This document shows positions 38,710 through 55,945 of a stretch of 64,000 bases of DNA, one piece after another. Within the stretch, counting starts at the first letter, position 1. Each line of letters opens with the position of its first letter. A program made the translations under genes and the position numbers. The notes beneath the pieces were generated by a model, which searched no databases, had not been told where the DNA came from, and worked only from the letters and a program-made list of their open reading frames with translations. Source of the stretch: Tubiluchus corallicola (lineage: Eukaryota; Animalia; Priapulida); NCBI GenBank assembly GCA_030141605.1, contig JAQGDQ010000237.1, positions 162,197 to 226,196 of the forward strand, given 5' to 3'.

Positions 38710-39548
38710 CAGTGTTCCTTCACTTATCGCGGGTGTTCCGTTCCAGGCCCACCCGCGATAAGTGAATTTCCGCGCAGTAGGGACGCTGTACTTATTTTAG
38801 TGGTTATCTGTAGCGCATAGCCCTATAGGCTGAAGCCTAAGGCCCGGGATCAAAAGGGGCCCGGCAAAATAAAACGAAAAAAATTTTTTTGTTGTAAAAA
38901 AAATTGAAAAAAGAGCAGGGGGCCCGCCAAAATAAAATATAGAAAAAAGTTTTTTTTTCAAAAGTCAGTCACTATATTTCAAATCGGGTTTACACAAATC
39001 AAGTTTACATAGTTTAAGTTTACACAATTCACGTTTACACAGTTTAAGTTTAAGTTCAAAATTTCAGTTTCCGAATTTTTCTGGGGACAAAGTCAGTTAT
39101 AATTTCTGAAAAGTCCATTTTTTTCAACATATCTGACTCAATATGCATCAGTGATAAATTGTTTAATTTGTCATCCTTTACAAACGACGAGAGCTCCACA
39201 AAAACACGTCAGCTCAGCAGTGTAGCAACATTTAAAAGGCCCGTTCCAAGCTCAAGCCTAAGGCCCATAAAATCATAATCCGCCGCTGGTGGTTATACAT
39301 TATTTTAAGTCTTTATAAACCCTCCCCCCGCTCTTATACATAACCCTTTCCCATTCCCTTAATACTGTGCATTTACCTTTTAAAAAACTTTACTTAAATG
39401 TTCATAAAAATGTTTTAAACTCTTCAACCTAGATACGTAATTCTGAAGGAGTACCGCAAAACCCCGCGAAACAGCGAAAATACCGCGATAAATATTTTAC
39501 ATTAATATTTTTGAAAACCCGCGAAACAGAAGTAGTGAGGGAACACTG
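38710..39548. mobile_element. Tc1/mariner-pogo-like MITE (TA TSD)
   Basis: TA|CAGTGTTCCTTCAC ... GTGAGGGAACACTG|TA, with subterminal CCGCGA repeats. Confidence 0.8.
38808..39288. mobile_element. hAT-like MITE nested in the pogo-like MITE
   Basis: Perfect 8-bp TSD GTGGTTAT (38800-38807, 39289-39296). Right end ATCCGCCGCTG; left end degenerate; subterminal AAGCCTAAGGCCC repeats. Confidence 0.75.
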
Positions 39549-39912
39549 TATAAGCAATAACTTAGGTCTACTTCTTAATGAGTAGTAGTTACCGTTTCTT
39601 TATGAGCAAACTTCAACCTGTAGGCAGCACAAGCAAACGTGATTTAATCATGGCATAATTCCAATTTTTGTGGAATCTGTCCGCATTTTTCCAACGTCTT
39701 CCAGTCCAGTCAATATTTCACAACAAACAGCTGAGAAATATGACCTTGATTCTTTGTTTGCTATAAGTTGCAAACTTTAGACCTTTCTCAATGCGCGAAA
39801 CGGTACCTGGACGAACCACACAGTTAGGCGTAGGTGTCACAACGGATCAGGACTGCAAAGCAGATCGTTTTTCTAACACCAAGATTTAACTATTTCTCTG
39901 GAAAACACCAAG

Positions 39913-42900
39913 ATGAGTTTGAGGAATTTAATAAAGACAATTCCAGCTTCCAGGGTAAGTAATTAGCACATGTTGTATTAGCAAATGCGTCACTAACTAA
40001 ATAAGAAAAATACTGCAGTTTATAATAACTAGCGCAGTAGCTTCTACAATAAATCATATTTCTCGCTAACCCGGTATTTAATGTTTTTATTAGAAGAACT
40101 GAGCAGAATTTTCAATGCCTTTAACGTACTTCGTAAGCATTAATGTAGGCGTACACACCCACGGGTCAGCATAACCCAGGCGCGTTTATTCATTAAACAA
40201 GCAAATTTATAACACAATTAGATGAAGTTTATTCTGATTTACTATAAACTATTTACTATATATATATATATTCAACTTTTGTGTATATATGTATAAATAC
40301 TCAACTTTTGTGGCGTTATATTATATATGGGGCAAATACAGATGTATTTGCCCCATATATAATATAACGCCACAAAAGTTGAGTATTTATTTTTAAACGT
40401 TGTCGTGTTTTCGAAATTAACGTGGGTTCGTGCATTTACTCGTACACAAAGTCTTTTATGCTCGTACGTCGTATATATTTGCCAATCTTCATATAAGTGT
40501 AGGTCTGTATGAGTAAATGCACGAAGGCAAGTTAATTTCGGCAACACAACAACGTTTCCTGTAATGACGTTTAAAATGAATACTTAACTTTTACGGCAGT
40601 TAGCCTTTCTTGGTACACTGTCACAGGGTTTACACGTAAGACAAGCACACGCACACAGGTTACACAAGCAGCCGAGTAAATGTGAACGAGGTCTAACTTT
40701 TTAAGATTAGATTAGATTAGATTAGATTTATTCAAACCAAACATACAATTGTATATTTACAATAAGATCATTACAATTAAATATGATTTGCTGATGTTTT
40801 AGGAAGGGAGAAAGCCATCAGGTACGAATGCACTTGTGGTGGCCCACATTAATTAGTCATTTCAATCAAATTTACAAAAAGCATTAAATGTAAGTAGTTT
40901 AAATGAAAAAGAATGTAAGTTGTTAGCATTGATAATCTCTGATTTTTTCCACATATCGATCACCCTGTTTGCAAAATCACAGACATCAATACGACAATAA
41001 TTTTTATACAGTTTGTAAGTATGGTCCCTCAAACCGAGACGAAGCGCGTAGGTAACAAAATCGTTAAAACTTATATCTGAAAATCCATGGCAAATTTTGT
41101 ATAGCATTTTCATATTAAAAATAAAACGTCTGGTTTCAACAGCCTGTAGTTTCAAATGGTCCAGCCTAGTGAGAAGTAGTTAACATAAGTTAACCCATTT
41201 TTCGCACATAACCGTTTTGTAACATGTCTTTGGACTCGCTCGATTTAATCAATCATAGTAACATTATGAGGATTCCACACAGAGGTGCAATATTCCACCA
41301 AAGGTCTAACGAATGACTCATACGATGTTAAAAGAGCGTCAATGTTTTTAATAACAAAGCAGCGAAAAACCATATTTGCTACTTTAAAAGCTTTAGCAAC
41401 CTGCTCAGTACAGTAAATTGAAAATTTTAGGTTTGAACACACTGTAACACTCAAATCTCTGCAATAAGTATTCACTGGTAAAGGCGAGTCGTTTAATACG
41501 TACTGAAAGTAGGGATTACTGCGTCCAATGTGAACGAGTACACAGCAAGCTGTCATTTGTTGGCCCATTCTGCAAGAGTTGCCAAAGCTCCCCTAAGACT
41601 TTGATTACCATCACGTTACGAAAAGTTTAACATCATCAGCGTATAACAAAGACCGAGTTTCAATTTTCAGGCAAATCATTCATACACAGCCGTTTTTAGT
41701 TGTTTTTGCCTCTGCAGCTGCTGTTAAAGAACGCCACACGAGCTGCCAGTACCGTTGCCATTGACAGCAGGGTGTTTGAAATCACCAATGTCAGTCCAAA
41801 GATGGAGTACATTACCGATTACCTTGATTTTGTCAAGAACTTCCTTCACGCAGGCGCACATCAAGAAGAACTGCCACCCGGCAAGGCGGTTGCAGCCTGG
41901 ATGATGGACCAGGGAGGGAAATTCGAATACGTTTTCATGTGGCAATATAGTAAGCCGAATTCTTTATAGCTATGAGTTTGTGGACGTCAGTGTTTCAAGA
42001 AAAATTGTACTAGGAATGATGATAAATGAATGATTAATAATGAGTTCAGTGCATTGCTAAAAACGTGAAAATATCGAGCGCCTCAAAAGTTTCTCATCAG
42101 TTTTAAAAATTGACGAGAAATCAATCGTAGTTACAACATAAGCGAAACGATAACTGCTGCCGAGTGAACGATTCGTGAGAATTAAATTGCCATCATATTT
42201 GACTTCATAAGTTTACTGCAACGATTTTAACGCAGGCTACTTCTCTAAGCTCAAACGCCACGCTCTTTCTACTACTTTGTATCCTAATCCTGCATCAAAC
42301 GGCACAGGAGTTCAAGTGTGAACTAAAAAACTACCAATTAGTGAATAAACAATAATCAGAAAGATGAACGTCATTGGTCAATTAGCTGCAAAAACAAAGA
42401 AATCAAACTAGTTAGTCATTTTCTACTAATGTCTAATGTATTCTTGTAGTAAAACTTGTCTCAGCTTGTGTAGTTATAGTCCATTCTTGCTGTAAATGTT
42501 CTTGTAAATAGCGTATAAAGTCTGTCGTGGTGAGGATCCTAAATCATGTTGTTCAAAATGTCTGATCCAATCCATAGTGTATAAAGTCTGTCGTGGTGAG
42601 GATCCTAAATCATGTTGTTCAAACTGTCTGATCCAATCCATAGTGTATAAAGTCTGTCGTGGTGAGGATCCTAAATAATGTTGTTCAAAATGTGTGATCC
42701 AATCCTAAATAAATTATGTTTAAACTAAGTAGTTAGTGACTTATGAAAGATACCATATTAATGAAACCATTTTAACAATTTATGATTGCACTATTTTACT
42801 AACAGGTAGCCACAAAGAGAGGAATGACTACATTGAAAAGATGCTGAACAGCCCTGGGTATCCATTCTTAATAAGTAAAATTGGAAAAATGATACATAAC

Positions 42901-45900
42901 CAGAAGACAAGGACTGTTCGTTTAGTGCCAGGAGTTGAGTTCAAACCACCAAATAAACCAGGTTAGTGTACAGTAACATTGAAAAGCGAAAGTGGGTTTA
43001 TTATGAACTAAGTTTAATCAAAGGCTGAACATCGTGCAAAGAAATGAAATAGAATTGCCAAACAAGAAAGTAGATAATTATATGGAGCGTTAATTAAGTA
43101 GTAATCACGTGAACACAGGCAGACATTATGTGCTGGGTTAGACAGAGAAGTGATGTGTAGGAAGGAAGAGATAGACTAACTCATTTCGCCCGCGTAAACA
43201 AGAAAGTAAATAATTATATGGAGTGTTAGTTAAGTAGTAATCACGTGACCACAGGCAGACATTGTGTGCTGAGTTAGACAGAGAAGTGATGTGTAGGAAG
43301 GAAGAGATAGACTAACTCATATCGCCCGCGTAAACAAGAAAGTAGATAATTATATGGAGCGTTAATTAAGTAGTAATCACGTGAACACAGGCAGACATTA
43401 TGTGCTGGGTTAGACAGAGAAGTGATGTGTAGGAAGGAAGAGATAGACTAACTCATGTCGCCCGCGTAAACAAGAAAGTAAATAATTATATGGAGTGTTA
43501 GTTAAGTAGTAATCACGTGAACACAGGCAGACATTGTGTGCTGAGTTAGACAGAGAAGTGATGTCTATGGAAGAAGAGATAAACTAACTCATGTCGCCCG
43601 CGTAAACAAGAAAGTAAATAATTATATGGAGTGTTAGTTAAGTAATAATCACGTGAACACAGACAGACATTACGTGCTGGGTTAGACAGAGAAGTGATGT
43701 GTAGGGAGGAAGAGATAGACTAACTCATATCGCCCGCGTAAACAAGAAAGTAGATAATTATATGGAGTGCTAATTAAGTAGTAATCACGTGAACACAGAC
43801 AGACATTGTGTGCTGGGTTAGACAGAGAAGTGATGTGTAGGGAGGAAGAGATAGACTAACTCATATCACCCACGTAAGATATACACGGCCATTGTATATG
43901 ATTAAGTAACAACAGTGATGGGATGAAGCATCACGTTTTCCATGTCGTAATTCTAGCGAATTTTTAATTTATCATTGGAATTTCTGCCATGAGGAATCAC
44001 TCGAGATGATGATGATGAAGATGGTCATCACCTGAGAGTTATTGCATGTGATTGTTTTTTATTCCCTACTCTCTGCACTAGACCAACAAGCCCCGCAGGC
44101 TGGGATGGACGTCTATTTTTATACAACTACTGGAATGTACTCAAAAATATTTAATTATTTTTTAAACTGTTACGCTATCATAGTTTGAATAGTTGATTTG
44201 TTGTTGCAGTTCTGTCAGGATCCGGTCGAAAGATTGTTATAGAAACCAGTTTGAAAGTTTTAGTTGTGAGCTTTACCTTTAATTGCCACCTAAGTACTAC
44301 ATAATCTTTATATTTTGTCTTATTTGCAGCTATGTATGAAATTATGAATTTTGGTTGGAGGAATCAGGACCCTGCAGTCATGATCCCAGCTGTGCAGGTC
44401 TGTTTTTTCATTGTCACGTCTTTTTAACATTATTTTTTGCTCAGTAAATTTTCTGCTTAGTTCCCAGGTATCAAGTATAGTCATGTGCCAGGACTGAATG
44501 CTTTACTGGATACAATACACACTGCTATATAGACAGACGAACCCACCTACAAACCTGCCTGTCGTCTGCCGCCCATCCATGCGTTTATGCGAGCTCACAA
44601 TGCTTAACTTTAGGAAAGCAAGCTGCGGCTACTTTAGATGTAGTCATGGATCACTTTAAATCATTTTTCACTGCATTAATATAATCACTATAAACTGGCT
44701 TTGACCAGACAACTTCTAATCCACGTATGTTGCATTTCACAACCACCTCCCCATTCAATGTGTGTTAAAGCATAAAAATTTAATAATTATGTAACGTTCA
44801 TTTGAATATTAAAATGAAAAGGGTTCCCAGATTTCTTAGTTCTTGAGTGGATGTAAAAAAGCGAAGAATGAGACGGACGGTACCCAGTTTGAAAAGTTCA
44901 ATCTAATTAGAGGCTTATGCTAGACACCAGACATTATGACTGCGCACAGGAGGCGACAAGGAAAAATTCAAATTATATTTGTTATAATAACATGTAACAA
45001 AAATAAAGTTGTGGTTGCGGTTTTTTCATAGAAAGGAACTGAAATGTACGGTGCAAAGATGAAGGAATTCGATGCTGGTGTCGTCGGTGCATTTTTCAGT
45101 GAATTTGGTTCACAAGGAGAACGTGAGTAGAAAAACCGTAGTTCATTAAGGTTCAGTTTAATCTGTGGTCAGCACATTGATTGTTTATCACGAAAGTGTT
45201 GTGCATCAAACACTTTAACCATTTCTATCATCTTTACCGAATTAAGGAAACTTTTCAGCAAGGAAAATAAAATAATGAGTGTAACAACCGTGAGTTTAGC
45301 GTGCAACCTTGAAGGTGGCGCCAGGATGCAAGTTTTCTAAATTTCAACTTGTGCGTGCGCACTGGCATTGTTTGCAGGGCTTGGTGATTCACTCTGTGCT
45401 GAGATTTGAGAGGAATTACATGTATTCTTGGCAGGACAAGGTCGGCGAGACGGACAATGTTATTAAGTTTTAATTACTTACTGTGAAATTGAAATTTGAG
45501 TGCCATAATAAACGTTTTGTTCGTAATACGTTCTACGTTTGTATCCTAGACCATCAGTGAACGTAACTCCGAATAAACGTCATGAGTCAACGGACTGCAA
45601 AGCTGTCACAATGAGTTTAGTTTGAAAATTATGAATCGTATTAATGAATATAAGCATCTGTTTCAGTGATGATACTAGCCCACTGGCCCGACTTCGACAC
45701 TCGAATGAAGTCTGCAGAAGCTGAGCTGGCTGACAAGGACTTGATGAAGTTATACAGTAAGCAAAAATTCTCTTATTGTATCTCATTTCTAATCTTACTC
45801 TTGCACACGTAACGTAATGTGCGTTGAGTAATGGATGGGCAAACAAGAAAATAATAACATGGACTGTAAGTTTAGAGAAAGAGAGAAAAAGATACGTTAT

Positions 45901-46529
45901 AACATGATTTCTGAGGATAATCTACATGGGACAGTTACAACGTGCCAAAATAAGTTCCCGTTTTGCACATAAATAGACTTTTGAGAAGTTAGTCCAATGC
46001 AAATGTAACGGAGACTTTTCATCACATAAACATAAAAGATTTAAGCTGATAAAATGAAAAATATGCATCGAAACTCATTTATTTGTGATATTCTTGGCAA
46101 CATTTTAATGGGAGAGGTGCATCTAGCACCAATGAGCCATAATTTGCCAAACAAAATGAAGCAATGTACTGTAATATTAATCACTTTGCTTATCTAAGTT
46201 ACCTTATTACGAGTAAGCTGTGTATTGTTGGAGTGTACTTGAACGAACCCTGATAGATATCTTGTAGACGTTTGACCCTCCCACAACCATTACCATGTAT
46301 AACAAATGAAATTTCCAAAGAGAAGTATCGAACTTAGGTATTGTAAGCACTTGATTATATCCCCACCTCAAAAACTCATCAACTGACGACGATGATAACC
46401 CAAGGACAAATTTTTAAAATACTGTGTTTTGATTTTCCAGACGAACAGTTTCTGCCAAACATTAGAGGAACTGCAAATTTTGGCTTGAGACCAATAAAGA
46501 ACATTGAACTGGAAACTATACTTAAGTAA
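39913..46529 (+). CDS. Divergent NIPSNAP-family protein, paralog B (255 aa); exons 39913-39954, 41718-41949, 42806-42961, 44330-44397, 45032-45122, 45667-45756, 46441-46529
   Basis: Same intron positions and phases as paralog A, with exon-by-exon peptide similarity (e.g. MIHNQKTRTVRL, GVVGAFFSEFGSQGE). Intact frame. Confidence 0.82.
40293..40390. repeat. Perfect inverted repeat, 48-bp arms, 2-nt spacer
   Basis: 40293-40340 is the exact reverse complement of 40343-40390. Confidence 0.95.
40704..41695 (-). mobile_element. 5'-truncated, decayed CR1-group LINE
   Basis: Minus strand: LYADDVKL (RT motif, ~41612-41650), then VRPLVEYCTSVWNP and LRDHTYKL...FANRVIDMW; (AATCT)n tail at 40704-40728. 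Confidence 0.88.
42513..42705. repeat. 66-bp tandem repeat, ~3 copies
   Basis: Units start at 42513, 42579, 42645. Confidence 0.93.
43060..43875. repeat. 136-bp tandem repeat, 6 copies
   Basis: Units start at 43060, 43196, 43332, 43468, 43604, 43740. Confidence 0.95.
45280..45582 (+). mobile_element. Solo LTR (Gypsy-like, 4-bp TSD)
   Basis: TG...CA termini (TGTAAC...CGTCA), TSD TGAG on both sides, internal AATAAA. Confidence 0.7.
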
Positions 46530-46858
46530 ACAATCAAGCATAAACAAGTAAACAACAATACGAGAATCAACAAGCAAAAGATTACGGAATAACCTTGCCA
46601 ACATCAGAGAGAGAGGGAGTGAGAGAGTGAGAGAAAGGGAGAGAGTGAGAGAGAGCAGACCTTTTCATAAAATCATGTTGAAGAAAATCTTAAATTATTG
46701 GTTCTTTGAAAATCTTGATCGGATTTTGGCATTCAGTTACTGTAATATCAGTTGACATAGTATGTAGTTATAAGCTGTTAATAAATATTACTAGATGTAC
46801 ATTGCCTTCATGTATGTTTTTAATTGTAAGTAATGTTTACAGTTTAAGAGTGTTTCTC

Positions 46859-47224
46859 AATAAGCCTTTTCACAGTTCCAGTGATTGATGATGATCGTGA
46901 AAAGGTCAAAAGTTAAGGGTACCATGCAACGCATTTTTGTACACTTGACAATGTTTTGCAGTCCAAGCTATTGTAATAGTAACAGTTGTAACGGCTAGCT
47001 AGAACCTTACCTAGTTCATTTTTATTTGTTGCCAAGCAAGATCCTGCTAGTAAATCACTCTACGCACAGACTAATGCATAATTAAGACATGAACTGATGC
47101 GGCAGACTGGTTTGCTTTACCCATGCCACGTGATTGTAATTAAGACACGTGTTGTCGTGGCACACTTAACTTTTGACCTGCAGCAACTGCGCATGCTCAC
47201 AACGAAACTGTTAAGAAGCTTATT
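46859..47224. mobile_element. Harbinger-like MITE, copy 2 (inverted relative to 6021-6404)
   Basis: AATAAGCCTTTTCACAGTT ... AACTGTTAAGAAGCTTATT; interior homologous to copy 1. Confidence 0.75.
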
Positions 47225-47852
47225 CATGTTAAACATTCGAACACAAAGGTGACCAAAAAACTTAACCAAGTACTCACCAGATGGCTGATGAGTCACTAGC
47301 ACAGTTAGATGGAGAGTGGAGCTTAACATTATTCTAAATTAATGTACTGTGATGTTTTTTGTTAGTTAATCTGATCCCTAATTATTACAACCTTAATGTA
47401 ATATTGTAATTATTAATGAGATTACTAAGGTTATTTGGTAATAATAATATTACAAATCCACAATTAAATTTTTACCAGATGTCCTGTAAAACCTGGGATA
47501 TAGGCTTGATTTGAACCAGGGCATTTTGCATAGATGCCTTATACTACTAGTTTCTTATCTTGGACATGTGCACATGGCTGCATGCGTACAACAACCAAAC
47601 AACGTGTCACTGGAACTGTGAAGCGCACAGTTCCACAAAAGGATTTCTGTAACTTTTTGAAGAACTAGAAAAGGACTACTGACATTAAACTCAAGGACTA
47701 CATAATGTACAAGTAAAAAGAAAAAAAGAAAGAAAAAGACTTATTATACTGAATGTTATCGATAACATCAAGTGAAAATAGGGGATGCTGTAGTTCTGCA
47801 GTGCCTAAACACGACTCACTACTGATACCCATCTTCCTTCTTCCAAACCTAC

Positions 47853-52315
<4,463 letters not shown>

Positions 52316-52891
52316 ATTCTAAGGAATATTAAAGATTAGTAAGTTTTTTGCTGTTCTGCATGAGATCAAATGAATGAACACTTAAACACACGTGAGTAAA
52401 CGTACAGTAGTGTATAATCACAGTTGACTGGTCAACAAATAAACACTGACTTTGTGGAGTCCAACTAGTCTGAGGGGCGTTCTAATCATAGGCACGGATA
52501 TGTAACAATAAATGCAAACAAATATTGTCTAATTTCTTTTATATGTCAAATTCTTACTACTGTGTGGTGTCATTGTGCTAATGTTTAACAATAAACTAGT
52601 AAAAAAAACAGTGAACGTCTGGCACTTTTGCACGCATTTTCATCCTTTCCCCTATATGAATGAATTAGTTTCATCCGCTCAAGTTCTCGCAACATCTCAT
52701 ACTACACGAGAGTTTTTATGTGAAGTCTGCGGTGAATGTCAATGACTGAACGCTTTGAATGGAAAGGTAGCATCGGAGTGGTGGCATGGATTTATAAAGT
52801 GCTTTGTGAACATATAGAATAATTATTTGGTGCCAGTGTGAAGCAGAATTTGGTATCTAAACATTTAAATTTGGTGTGTTTACTTTTCAAA
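52316..52891. promoter_or_regulatory. Putative bidirectional promoter / 5' UTR region between CRYM and tweety
   Basis: Divergent start codons separated by 576 bp; CACGTG (~52389) and GGGGCG (~52474) motifs. Confidence 0.5.
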
Positions 52892-53044
52892 ATGTCTACT
52901 GAGGATATTGCCGTTACTGATATTGAGTCAATGACTTATGAAAAGTCTTGGTTAGTCGATTTATTCCACCAGTTTCCACACATCGACTTGTCATTTCAAT
53001 TTACCAATGCGACTTTCGATTTGAGTGATCCATCGTATACACAG
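52892..53044 (+). CDS. TTYH: Protein tweety homolog, first coding exon
   Basis: YEKSWLVDLFHQFPHIDLSFQFTNATFDLSDPSYTQ fits the tweety N-terminal pattern (YxxxWxxxxxHxxPHxDxxxxxxxxxFxxxDxxYxQ). Ends at a phase-0 CAG|GT donor. No further exons seen. Confidence 0.85.
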
Positions 53045-53538
53045 GTACATGTGAGCCTATGCTAATTGATACATGAACTGTAATTATTGTATAGACCTAA
53101 TAAGTAATAACTAATATATATTTGGTAAATTAAACGTAGTACACTGTACTAGTAATTTGCTCACTGGGTGAGTATTTAACCAAGACATGTCCCATCGTTT
53201 AATATCGATTATTAGGCAGCTAGGTCTAGTATAATGATTTAACTTATTACTGACGCCGATGTCAGTTCTAAATCTCAGGTGTACTAAATAACAAGTTATT
53301 TAGGTTTATATAATAATAGTATATTCAAACTATGCCAGATATAAAATAATAATATTAAAAAATATGAAAAAGTCTAAAGTATTTAGTAATATTTTTTCCT
53401 AATACTATATCATAATTAAAATGAGTATAAACAGCACAGTGCGTCTTGTTATAAGTGGTAATATATCAGTTACAAAACTTAGTAAGTATGTTTCGGATGT
53501 TTTTCATTGTAAACTTGCAGGATACAGTATAATGTAAT

Positions 53539-54061
53539 AGGTGGCGGCTCGTATATAGGTACTGTGGTACTGCTGCACCCACTGTTTTCACTCATTATTA
53601 TCGATAATATTCAATATAATAATATTTTTTCTTTAGTTCTTTCTTTATACTTGTGCGGAACTGGAGCACGTGAAGGAAGTACAATTTGCTCCACAGCCCA
53701 AGCAGTGCGGTGTTTGGCTGCTATGCGCATGCGGCCATGCGCATATGTCTGAGATAAGATGCTGTACTTTAGGTAGAAAGAGTACTGTCGCACACTGCAG
53801 CACGTGTTGTCAGTTGTCATGTGTTTAAAAGCCGTGTATCGGCATATTCTTGAACTGCGACAATTTAGGCTATTTGTAAAAAACAATATTTTTTGTTTGG
53901 GAGTTTATCAAGGTTATGTTTAAATTAGTTTGTTTATTTACAATTACAATTACAACATTATAATTACATATGTTTGTTTCGTTTTACACAGCATTAAAAC
54001 AATGGCTAAAAATTTTTAATTTTGCAGCACCCCCACTAATTTCAGCTACGAGCCGCCACTT
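53539..54061. mobile_element. hAT-like MITE
   Basis: TIR GTGGCGGCTCGTA / TACGAGCCGCCAC; 8-bp TSD AATGTAAT. Related fragment near 47560-47805. Confidence 0.78.
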
Positions 54062-55945
54062 AATGTAATGTATCGAAAGCAGGTTAACTATGGTCACTTA
54101 GTCAGTGATGTTAGTTGCTTTAGTACTCCTTGTGCACAATGTTTGTCAGTTATTAGTTTGCGGATTTTGCTTTTAGTTAAATTATCTTTCATAGAAATTT
54201 GTCAGCTTGTGTTTATAGTCGCATGAGAACGTGGTAAATAAGAAAATGCAATGTTGCAGGAAGCACAAAATTTAAAGTAGCTTAAACTTAAATTAAATTT
54301 AAATTCCTGATTTTTCAACTATATTACTTCTAACAGTAAACAATAACAATAAGTAACAACCAGCTTACATCATGGTTTTCATCAAAAGAATAAAGCAGTG
54401 ATAGAGATTTGTTGTCATGAAAAAAGGCACTTAATCCTCTGGACTGTTGTGTCCAGCATTAAGAGAAAGCGTATACTGGCTGCAGAAAGCCATTTGATGC
54501 AGATATATAAATGCAAAACTATTGAGTGTTGGAATGAAGTATCCCTTAAAGAAATGAAAAACCGTATTACCTGTTGAAAGAAATGGCATTGTTTAGCTTG
54601 AATTGAAAATTGTAGACACGTAGAGCACTTACTGTAAATTCTAACATTAGTCGCAAACGAAATTTTTTCCGACATTTATTTCATTGACTCATTCATTCAA
54701 AACTTCTGTATTTTCGGAAATGGAAAAATCTAAGCAAATGACCTAAAATTTTTGATGTTCATTAATAAGCGTAAATAACATCAGTGTGGCAGTCTTCAAA
54801 AGATTCCATTATTTTCTTCTTATGATATCATAATTAAAACTTTGGTGCAAAACATCAAAACATTTTTGTTCCACCTGAAAGGACGTCTCGTCATTGGTTC
54901 CTAAACGTAGATAGTTTGGCCGTGGCATCTTTTTTTGCTGCTTTCATATTTTTACTGGACCATTCCCAGATGCAGTATGGTTGCTTATGAACACAAGTTT
55001 TTTCCCTCGAATCTATTAATTCTAAATTTATACCAGTTCCCCTGTTTTCAGTTCATTAGCTTACTGTCTTTGAACAAGAAGAACGTTAACAACGTTGATG
55101 TCGTTCATTACTACAGTATATCATTGCCACTGGCTTTTGGTTAGGTAGATTTGAATGAAAAAGACTAGTCATTCATGATCTACCTTGTAATGCGTATAAA
55201 TACCACGGTAGCCATTATCCAGTGTTGTTTTTCACCGGTCTGTTGCTCTCGTGTTTTTATTTAATCTGTCTAATGGCTTTTTATGGCCTGCCTGACATTT
55301 TCCGCGAATAACAATGTTGCTAGCGTGCGCACAATATAACAGCATTCTAATTACAGCTCTAGAGGTCATCTGCGTTGTTATATCTCAGATTGTTTTACCG
55401 ACAATTACTGTATAAAAAAACTTCGGATATTATATTTTTATACGTGGTACCCAGTTTTTCTAAGAACTCAAGTAATATGATGCTTTTTTTGCGGAGAAAA
55501 CGGGTTAATCAGTTATTGAAGTGGTACGCTTTTTAATTCTAATGAAAATGATAGAATGGAATAAAATAGTAAGGGCACAAGCATGCTTTATAAGCAAGAT
55601 CTGTTAACATATGGTGTTCACACACATGTTTACTGCTACCAGATTTGAAGATAACCACAAGTTTATTAAATGGTAATAAATAACAATAAATTAGCCACTT
55701 TATAAAAATTGCAACATGCCGTGTTGTTATTATTTTGAGAAATTAACAGAGTAATTTAGCTGTGAATTCTAACCTATTTAACTGTTATTTGGCTCATACA
55801 AGATGTCTGGCACTCAAAGGCTTGGTTATACGGTACTCAAGGATTATGCTCTGCGCATGCTAAAAAGCTGTTTATGGCTAACCCCCGAATTTGTACCATG
55901 TGTACACGTTCCTCAATGGAAGTTGCTACTCTGCTGCAATGCAGG

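Noticed and set aside
44460-44640. Second 5S-like SINE head on minus strand (AAGTTAAGCA...TGGATGGG)
   Set aside because: Match too short and degenerate to support.
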